This document shows positions 1 to 8,679 of a DNA stretch of 64,000 bases, piece by piece (position 1 is the stretch's first letter; the number at the start of each line of letters is the position of its first letter). Below the pieces are notes generated by a model. That model ran no database searches. It had not been told where the DNA came from and saw only the letters and a program-made list of their open reading frames with translations. The position numbers and the translations under genes are program-made. Source of the DNA: Octopus sinensis (taxonomy: Eukaryota); NCBI RefSeq assembly GCF_006345805.1, contig NC_043003.1, forward strand, positions 88,660,001 through 88,724,000. The letters are read 5' to 3'.

Positions 1-2035
1 TGGCAGGTCAGAGTCTGGAAGAAAAGCAAATTCTTCTTTTCCAAAGGTCACCAAGACCTCAAAAAGTTCTTTTTGTGTTATGACCTCCGCAGCCACCTGC
101 GGAGGCCAACTTGCAAAGTCAATGTAGACCAAGTCGTAGCGTATGCGAAAGAAACGGCTTCAGTACACAAGATAGGACCCCTCCTCCAAAAGGATGGCTC
201 CCTCACAGACAGTCCAACTAAGATCAGTGAGATACTGAATGACCAGTTCAAAAGTGTCTTTACCACCCTGTTGGAACACAGACAAGTGAACGAACCAGTG
301 GACTTCTTTGCTGCCTCACCTATAACCAGCGAGGCAGTTACAATGGAATACATTGACTTTAGCAAAGAAGATATACAACTAGCCATAGATGAAGTGGACA
401 CAAACTCAACTGCTGGTCCTGATGGTTTCCCAGCAATCCTCCTCAAAGCATGTAAGCATGCCCTGGCAAAACCCCCAAGATTCTCTTCCAGAGCTTTCTT
501 GCGAATGGCAAACTGCCAAGCAAGCTGAAGGAGGGAATAATATGCCCCATACATAAAGGGGGAAGTAGAGCAGATGCCAAAAACTATAGGCCTATCTCTC
601 TGACTTCACACATCAGCAAAGTCATGGAACGGATAGTCAGAGGGAAACTAATCACATTCCTTGAGGAAAATAACTTGCTGAGTGATACCCAGCATGGTTT
701 TGGACCAGGTAGGAGCTGCCTGACCCAGCTCTTACAACATTATGACTGGGTGTTGAGGCAGTTACTCAACAAATCGAATGTGGACGTAATCTACCTTGAT
801 TTTGCAAAAGCTTTTGACAAAGTGGATCATGGTATGATATGCCACAAACTGCGTGACTTCGGCATGGCTGGAAAACTTGGAGTGTGGTTACATGACTTCC
901 TGAAAGATAGGAGTCAGGCAGTAGTGGTTAATGGAGCCACCTCTATGAACACAGAAATAGTGAGCGGTGTTCCACAGGGCACTGTCTTAGGACCACTGCT
1001 TTTTATAGTGGCCCTCTCAGATATGCCCTCAAATGCCCGGGTAGCCACTCTGGAAAGCTATGCAGACAATACGAAAGTCTTGCAGAAAATACAGAACCCC
1101 AGCGATGTTGCACACCTGCAGCAAGAGTTGGACTCAATGTACAGATGGGCTGAGGATAATAATATGCAGTTTAATGCTGAAAAATTCCAGGCCCTGCACT
1201 ACCAGCATCCAAATCTGAATATGAAACTTACAGGGTACACCGGTCCACAGGAAATTTTAATCCCAGAGCCTAAGTCAGTGAGGGACCTGGGTATTGACAT
1301 GAGTGATGATACCTCTTTCCAAGTGCATATTACCAGGATGGCGACAAAGTGCAGATGATTGGCTGGATGGATCCTAAGAACAGTCAGAAGCAGAGATAAG
1401 GAAACCATGATGGTCCTCTGGCAGACATTTGTCCTCAGCCGCCTGGATTACTGCTCACAGCTATGGTCACCCACCAGTGTGAAATTAACAGCGGACCTTG
1501 AAGCAATCCAGAGAAGATTCACAAAGAAGATCGTCTCTTTGCAACAGCTGAACTACTGGGAAAGATTGAAACAGCTAAGACTCTACTCCCTGGAGAGAAG
1601 ACGGGAGAGGTATGCAGTAATGTATATCTGGAAGATCCTGGGAGGAATTGTGCCAAATTTTGGCATTCTAAGCTACACCAATGCTAGAACAAGACGACAC
1701 TGCATAGTGCCAAAGATCCCAGCAATGCCATCACGTTTCAGGACCAGCTACTGCAACAGCCTGGGTTTCAAGAGCCCACAGCTTTTTAATAGTCTCCCAA
1801 AGAGTCTGAGGAACTTGCACAAAGTAGATGTAGCGGTTTCTAAATCAAAGCTGGACATCTTCCTGTCGAGAGTCCCAGATGAACCTACCTCACAGCAAGA
1901 AGTGTAAATAAGGGTAGTTATATCAAACTCCATTCTTCACCAAGTGCCACATATTAGAGGAGGTTCTTAGTAATAATAGTGTAGCACTAAACGGCGGTGC
2001 ATCAGCATGGCCGTAGCTCTGAGCTGAAACAGAAT
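1..2035 (+). mobile_element. CR1-group LINE, 3' part: RT, C-terminus and 3' UTR (frameshifted, 5' end outside window)
   Basis: ORFs 73-528, 624-1358 and 1359-1907 carry QHGFGPGRSC, YLDFAKAFDKV, GVPQGTVLGPLLF, YADNT (degenerate YADD), SRLDYCSQLWSP and LYSLERRRERY. The 3' UTR ends ggcggtgc..cagcatggcc..gctgaaac, then (TA)n. Confidence 0.9.
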
Positions 2036-2079
2036 ATATATATATATATATATACTTTATTTAAAGAAGCAGAAAATTC

Positions 2080-2133
2080 AACAAAATCTGTTACTCTGAG
2101 TTTCTCGTTGCCGTGCATCAAACAGTTTTTGTT
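2080..2133 (-). ncRNA. Type I hammerhead ribozyme, left arm of a foldback; core degenerate
   Basis: Minus strand reads aacaaaaactgt-TTGATGC-acggcaacga-GAAA-ctcaga-GTA-acagattttgtt. Stem I is 11/12 bp and stem III is ACTC-A-GAGT. The core has C3U and A9C substitutions. Confidence 0.65.
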
Positions 2134-2147
2134 AGAATGGCCATTCT

Positions 2148-2200
2148 AACAAGAACTGTCTGATGAACGGCAACGAGAAACTCAGAAAACAGATTTTGTT
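2148..2200 (+). ncRNA. Type I hammerhead ribozyme, right arm of a foldback; cleavage triplet lost
   Basis: aacaagaactgt-CTGATGA-acggcaacga-GAAA-ctcaga-aa-acagattttgtt. The core is intact, but GTA is replaced by AA. Confidence 0.65.
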
Positions 2201-2294
2201 GATTTTCTGCTGCTTTAAATAAGCATATACTCTACCACTGGTATTTAGTACTCTCTTTTTCCACCTTGTTTCACATTTATGTGTTTACTCTGGA

Positions 2295-2625
2295 TATATA
2301 TATATATATATATATATANNNNNNNNNNNNNNNNNNNNNNNNNNNNNNNNNNNNNNNNNNNNNNNNNNNNNNNNNNNNNNNNNNNNNNNNNNNNNNNNNN
2401 NNNNNNNNNNNNNNNNNNATATATATATATATTGTATATATATATATATATACATACATATATATATATATATATACACATATATACACATATATATATA
2501 ACATATATATATATACATATATACATACATACATATAATATATACACATATATATATATACATATATACATATATATACACATATATATATATACATATA
2601 TACATATATATACACATATATATAT

Positions 2626-2672
<47 letters not shown>

Positions 2673-2710
2673 TACACATATATATATATATATACATATA
2701 TATACATATG
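2295..2710. repeat. (TA)n/(TACA)n microsatellite containing an assembly gap
   Basis: Direct reading. Confidence 0.95.
2319..2418. other. Assembly gap (100 N)
   Basis: Run of N. Confidence 1.
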
Positions 2711-2957
2711 CCTGACAGGCTGCTTTCAGCGTCTGTCTACCAAATCCACTCACAGAGCTTTGGCCAGCCAGAATCCATAGTAGAAGACACTTGCCCAAGG
2801 TACCATGCAGTGGGACTGAACCCAGAACCATGTGGTAGGGAAGCAAGCTTCTTACCACACAGCCACGTCTGCACCCATATATGCCTAAACTATTTCAAAT
2901 GTTTTTCTCAAATGAATGGGAACTAAATGGAAAAAAAAAAATATTTATTAAACTTAC

Positions 2958-2999
2958 TCTTTCTTTCCAACTTCTACTTTAGCAGCATTTAGATCTCGC
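2958..2999 (-). CDS. TPR: TPR coding exon (42 nt, phase 2-2): RDLNAAKVEVGKK
   Basis: Acceptor ttcctcttgtttag, donor gtaagt, open in the required phase. Weak similarity to vertebrate EDLNKVRTEKE. Confidence 0.65.
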
Positions 3000-3498
3000 C
3001 TAAACAAGAGGAAAATTAGAAAATTATTTTTAAAAAAATTACAGTAATTTATCCATAAATTCTGAATTTCATTTAAATTGTTGAAAGATTTGAAAAAAAT
3101 GCTTCAACATCACAATTTAAATACTCTTGTTTATGAATCTAACACCTTTCTGCAAATGCAACAAAACAAAAGTTATTTTATATGAATCTGACAAATTCAG
3201 AAAAATTCCTTTGGAATATTCTATCATTGAAATTAGACATTTCCCTAATTGCAACAATATTTATGTATTTTCAAAAGAGATTTAAAAGGTAATGGCTACA
3301 ACCAGGAACCAAAAGCTTAGATTGAACACTATTATGTTAATCACTGATATTATTAATAATAATATGAAAAGCAGTAGCAACAAATACTAACAAATATGAT
3401 TTCTTTATCTTAAATGAATGATGAATAATGGAGCTTTCCTTAATGGTTTATATTGTACAGTAACTGCCAGAAGTAACAACAAAACACTTCATTAAATA

Positions 3499-4047
3499 TT
3501 GGGTTGTCCAGAAAGTATGTGCCGATTTTTAAAGGAAAGAAAAAGGTCAATAAATACTTGCCATTACATTTTTAATCAACCAAATATGAACCATTTTGTT
3601 GCACAATGTGTCTCCAACTTTAACTTGAAAATACCCTCTTTCCAGAATTGCAGTGGTTTCATGGCAAAGAATTCATCAAGGTATCTTTTTACGTCATCCA
3701 AGGAATTGAAATTTTTACTATTAAGACTATTCTGTAGAGACCTGAATAAGTGGAAATCCGAGGGAGCAACATCTGGTGAATATGGAGGGTGGGGTAACAC
3801 ATCCCAGCCGAGCTGCAGCAATTTTTGTCTGGCTCCCAAAGCATCAAGTGCTAAAAATGAACTTTCTAATCTTTCATTTTAAAGGGTTACAGAATTAACA
3901 CAGGTTATAGGAACATAAACCTTCTTTCACGAAAAGATAGCTTAAACTGTGCTTTAAATGGAGGTGTAGTCAAATCCTATTTTATGGACTAAAATAAGTT
4001 GAAAGGTAAGCTACTATAAATCAGCACGAACTTTCCAGACAACCCAT
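3499..4047 (-). mobile_element. Internally deleted mariner (DD34D)
   Basis: TIRs ttgggttgtccagaaagt / actttccagacaacccat flanked by TA. ORF 3576-3839 contains LGWDVLPHPPYSPDVAPSDFHLFRSLQNSL. Confidence 0.92.
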
Positions 4048-4088
4048 TATAATAATCAAAAGAAATTCATTAAGCTCTGACAACTTAC

Positions 4089-4121
4089 ATCATACTTGCA
4101 TTAAGCCGGGAAAGTTCAGCT
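4089..4121 (-). CDS. TPR: TPR microexon (33 nt, phase 2-2): (K)AELSRLNASM
   Basis: Acceptor ttttatattttatag, donor gtaagt. Matches vertebrate KAEIARSNASL. Confidence 0.85.
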
Positions 4122-5323
4122 CTATAAAATATAAAATAGTAGGTAAAAAACATGTAGAACTGTAAAATTTGTCAAATTAAACTAAGCAATGGATAGAGCA
4201 AAAAAAATATAGTTCATCTAACTTAGCTGGAAAATAGCTTCAGCTACTTTCTCAAGTATATGTTATTTGGTGGTGGTAGATCTCTCTTGTTAGACAATAA
4301 GGATCCCGTTGTTTGATCAAATTAATCACCTGCTCCTGAGTGTAAATGCTGACAAATGCACAGCTACATGCACCTTTACCCTAATTCTTAAGCAAAATCA
4401 GCAGGACTGTACCTTTTGAATTACACCTGGCCAATGAACTTCTACACGGTTTCAGTTTACCCAATTTCACTCACAAAGTATGGGTTGACCTGCAGCTATA
4501 GAAAATGACATTTCCCTAACATGTCAATAAGCAGGATTAAATCCAAGACATTGTGGTTACAAAGTGAACTTCTTAACCACTCAGCCATACCACATCTACG
4601 TGTCATATAGCCTCTCATTTACCAAGTATTTGAAAGCTGAGGCCAGCTAACAAAACATCCACCAAAATCAAGAAAATTCACTCACTCTTACAATGAGTCA
4701 TGTGACGTTATTTAAAGCGAAGTATGTCAGCTGAATTTATATCAGTTTGGAGTCTTTTCATGTCAAACCACCTTTATTTCTTTGCTATTATCTTTGATCA
4801 GCTGGATGTTAAACGATGATGATGATGATATTTCCATGAGGGCAAATCAGATTTTGTTTCGTAATGAGTTTGTTTGATGGGATAGGGTAGTACTCATCAT
4901 TATTGTAAGCACATGTTGAATAACTGAAGGGAAAAGTGGGGCAGGAGAGAAATGAGAGTCCGATTAGAATACTTGTAACAGGGTGAACTCCATCATGAGG
5001 TGCTGATGTTTGTTAAAAATGCCAGTTTAGAGCAGAATTACTTATCAGCCTATTAAATAAATGAGAGTGCTATTGTGGCACCATGTTTAAGGCAGCAATA
5101 TTAACATTCTTTTTGATCTAATCTACCTAACTGTATATAGGAACTACAGAAAATAATTAGCTAGCAATGCTTCACTCAAATCTTCTCTGGTGTCTAGTAA
5201 GAAACCATCAAACATTTAGCATCTTGAAAACTTTGAAACTTAAAATGCCAGCACTTTGTAATACTTCAAAGTAACTCAGATTTGTTACACATGAATTTTA
5301 TCCCCTGGATCATTTCCACTTAC

Positions 5324-5386
5324 TTCTTCTTCATGTTTTCTTCATTAAGAACCATCATCTGCTTCTTCAAATCCTCACGCTCTTGT
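5324..5386 (-). CDS. TPR: TPR exon (63 nt, phase 2-2): QEREDLKKQMMVLNEENMKK
   Basis: AG/GT sites; frame continuous with both neighbours. Confidence 0.88.
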
Positions 5387-5758
5387 CTAAAGTCAAAAAC
5401 AGAAAGATTTTTATTTGCATTTACATTTCATTTTCATTATTCATTTACATATGTTACAGCCAATCCCTTGTGTTATTCTACATATCAATTGATTGCCAAA
5501 AACAACATTCATACTATTTTCTTTTCATTCATTCAAGGAAATGTGATTTTTCTTTGTTTTTATACAAAGGACAGGCTTTATGATTTACAAGAAACAGTTA
5601 AAAAATTGTGAAAACACTTCAGTTATACCCACTTTCTTGTTGGCTCTAGTCCTTTTTTATCACTTAACAATCAAAGTAATGTTAATTGTTAGGTGATAAA
5701 AAAAGGACTAGAGCCAACAAGAAAGTGGGTGAAAAGAAGACAATGAACAAGTTGAGAA

Positions 5759-5760
<2 letters not shown>

Positions 5761-5800
<40 letters not shown>

Positions 5801-5810
5801 AGGGAGAGAA
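5761..5810. repeat. (GA)n microsatellite
   Basis: Direct reading. Confidence 0.9.
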
Positions 5811-5884
5811 GGACAGAAAGAGTGAAAGACAAAGAAATCTGTGTTGGCTCAATATAATATTTACATATTTACACTAATACTTAC

Positions 5885-6069
5885 ACAATCTTGCGGTGTT
5901 CTTCAGGATCAGACTTGTTACATTGCTCAATAAGTCGATTTGTTCGAGCTTTCCATCTCTCAACTTCTCCACTCAGGTTATTTTTCTCAGTTGCCAAGTT
6001 TTCTTTCTGGTAAGTTAATTCTCGCAAATTTAACAGCAATGGATCGATATCTTCTTCTAATTTCTTAAC
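5885..6069 (-). CDS. TPR: TPR exon: VKKLEEDIDPLL...EVERWKARTNRLIEQCNKSDPEEHRKI
   Basis: AG/GT sites. Aligns to vertebrate VRKLELDILPL...[27 protein letters not shown]. Confidence 0.95.
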
Positions 6070-6673
6070 CTGATTTCAAGATATACACCATGAGATATAT
6101 ATATGTATGTATGCATGTATATACATACACCCCAAGTACACACACATCAAAACTAACAGCACTCTATACACTAGGATATACAGAAGTAAAAATATTAGTG
6201 ACTCAGAAATAAATGAAAATTACTCAACAAAAGAGCAAAAGCTACTTGTTTCAAATCACAAAAGTACAGAAAATATTTTGCAGTTTTTCACTATGCTATG
6301 AGACCTGTGCATGCCTCACACCTTGATATGTGTAGACAGAAACTGTAAGAAGACTGTGTGCGCGTGCGCATGTGTGTTATTGCCCATTTAAAATTCATAT
6401 TCCATGCTGGTACAAGCAAAACAGTTTGACAGCATACATGATGGCTCCATGGGATGCATCATGCTCCAATGTCAGCTTTGGTATAACTTCTATGACTAGA
6501 TGCTTTTTCTAATGCCAGCTGCTTTACAGAATGCACTGGGTGCATTTTTATGGCACCAGCTGTTCGGAGGTTGTCATGCATCTTGTAAACCTAAAATTTC
6601 CTTGACAGGGTGGGGATACAGTAGGGAGGAAGGCATCTTTATGTTGGGAGATGAAGGGTTAAAGTATGTGAAA

Positions 6674-7373
6674 ATTCAGCAAAAACCAAAGTTTAAAAGT
6701 AAGACAAATGAAAATATATGAAAACAAATTTTCTGAATTTTTTCTAGAGAACACATTCTCGATGGTAAATGGCGAGTTTGACGTTTATATGTAGTATACA
6801 GGCTGTCCACTATTAGTGGTCATTCCTCTAAATTTCGTATGTATAAAATTTTTAATCTTCGGATTTTTTTAAAATATGCTAGGCCACTGGTTTTAATTTG
6901 ATTAATAGCAATTTCTACCCTTATATAATTTTAAATAAATTTTAAAAAATGTTCTCTAGCCGGTAAATTAACTGCTGTAGTTTATTAACTGCAGAATAAT
7001 TTCCGATCTCAGCACACCAAAGTGAAGGTATTTGAAAAATACACATAAATATAATTTGTGGAGCTTTATACATGCCGGATTTCGGTTGAGCGCCCTGTAT
7101 CTAGTTCTGGAAGTTGTATTTCATAAACGACAGACTACGCTGACGATCTTGCAGATGTTTACATATATGTGAATACTAACAAGTGAAACTAATTAGTACG
7201 TAGGTAATCGTTTTCTATTTTCGTATATTTTCATTTGTCTTATTTTTAAACTTTGGTTTTTGCTGAATCTTTTCTTGACAACACATTCTTCGTGGTAAAT
7301 AGCAAATTTAACGTTTATATCTAGCATACAGGCTGTCCACTATTAGTGGTCATTCCTCTAAATTTTGTATGTA
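6674..7373 (+). mobile_element. Penelope-type pseudo-LTR-like unit: 530-bp period tandem with an inverted 5' segment and an internal hammerhead
   Basis: 6733-6843 repeats at 7263-7373 (98/111 identical). 6674-6724 is the reverse complement of 7218-7268 (49/51). HHR at 7125-7213; ends in (TA)n. Confidence 0.65.
7125..7213 (+). ncRNA. Type I hammerhead ribozyme (predicted cleavage after 7198)
   Basis: aaacga-caga-CTACG-CTGACGA-[t-cttg...caag-t]-GAAA-CTAATTAG-TA-CGTAG-gtaa-tcgttt. Stem I is 5+6 bp and stem III is the palindrome ACTAATTAGT. The base of stem II is a U-U mismatch. Confidence 0.8.
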
Positions 7374-7374
7374 C

Positions 7375-7375
7375 G

Positions 7376-7410
<35 letters not shown>

Positions 7411-7450
7411 ATATACATATATATATATACATTTATATACGTATATATAC
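7375..7450. repeat. (TA)n/(TG)n microsatellite
   Basis: Direct reading. Confidence 0.9.
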
Positions 7451-7457
7451 CTATACA

Positions 7458-7860
7458 TTTATAGAGACTTAGTAATTTTAATATTTCTATTATTGAAAAC
7501 AAGTGGATGTATTCCACTGAAACTAGGTAAATAGAAACCTTCGAACAGAGACGTCAGTGGCGACACCTGCTAGGTCTGACTACGCTACATTGACAAGGGG
7601 CAAATACCCTGAAACGCGTCTGTAGCTGTCGGACTGGCAGTGTGAAGCGGCTGACCTCCCTTGTTCGAAGGTTATAATGGATACAGATTGTGTGTATCAA
7701 TAGCTATCTTAAGGCGGTGGCCTCATGGAGCTAATCAGCGGCAGCGTTTATTCTTATATCTATAAGAATTGCCATATTAATATGGCGATAACAATTAATT
7801 TCCAGTAATGCTGCCGTAATCTCTTTTATAGAGACTTAGTAATTTTAATATTTCTATTAT
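7458..7860 (+). mobile_element. 367-bp retrozyme-like unit bounded by identical 36-bp direct repeats
   Basis: tttatagagacttagtaattttaatatttctattat occurs at 7458-7493 and 7825-7860. HHR inside; microsatellites on both sides. Confidence 0.7.
7574..7634 (+). ncRNA. Type I hammerhead ribozyme, U3-A8 core variant (predicted cleavage after 7620)
   Basis: gtctgac-tac-GCTACA-TTGACAA-GGGG-caaata-CCCT-GAAA-CGCG-TC-TGTAGC-t-gtcggac. Stem I is 6+7 bp, stem II 4 bp, and stem III is the palindrome ACGCGT. Confidence 0.85.
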
Positions 7861-7931
7861 ATATATATATATATATATATATACATACATATACATATAT
7901 ATATACATACATATACATACATATACATTTA

Positions 7932-7965
<34 letters not shown>

Positions 7966-8048
7966 CATTTATATACATATATATACATATATATACATAT
8001 ATATACATATATATATATATACATATACATTTATATACATATATATAC

Positions 8049-8079
<31 letters not shown>

Positions 8080-8223
8080 CACATGTACATTTATATACAT
8101 ATATATACATATATATATATATACACATATATATATATATACATACATGTACATTTATATACATATATATATACATACATATATACATACATGTACATTA
8201 TATACATATATATATACATACAT

Positions 8224-8312
<89 letters not shown>

Positions 8313-8318
8313 TACACA
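7860..8318. repeat. Compound (TA)n/(TACA)n microsatellite
   Basis: Direct reading. Confidence 0.95.
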
Positions 8319-8679
8319 TCACACCACTCTCTGTCCCTTTACTTCACTCTCTGGTACCTCTATCCCGCCCTCTCTCTCCCTCTCCATTTTATCTCTCCGC
8401 CTTTCTTCTCCCTGCTCCCCCTAAGGTCCATCTCCTTGTCTCTCTTTTCCTTCCTGTCCCTCTACTTTCCCTCTACCACGCCTCTACCCCTGCTGACCTG
8501 CCATTCTTTCTCTCTTCTCTCAGGACAATCCCCTCGTCTCTCTCTCTCTCTCTCTCTCTACCCCCCCCCCCGCTCATCAGCCACCAGCTTTTCTCCTTTC
8601 TCCTCTCCCTCTCAGGTCAACCATCTTATCTTTCCTTCTCTCTCTGTTCCTATATTTCACTCTCACTGTATCTCTGGCG

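Noticed and set aside
2245-2926. Long Y/I/M/C-rich ORFs, also at 7826-8309 and the start of 8147-9136
   Set aside because: Translations of (TA)n/(TACA)n microsatellites and N runs; not genes.
3125-3149. Candidate exon after a good acceptor (ttgcatttgcag)
   Set aside because: 25 nt long and contains a stop in the required phase.
4771-4800. Candidate TPR microexon LIKDNSKEIK
   Set aside because: Open only in phase 0 whereas this intron is phase 2; the acceptor derives from an RTE tail remnant.
6795-7101. Possible Tc1-like MITE (tacaggctgtcca ... gcgccctgta)
   Set aside because: Only 9/13 TIR match, and the left end is part of the 530-bp duplicated unit; unresolved.
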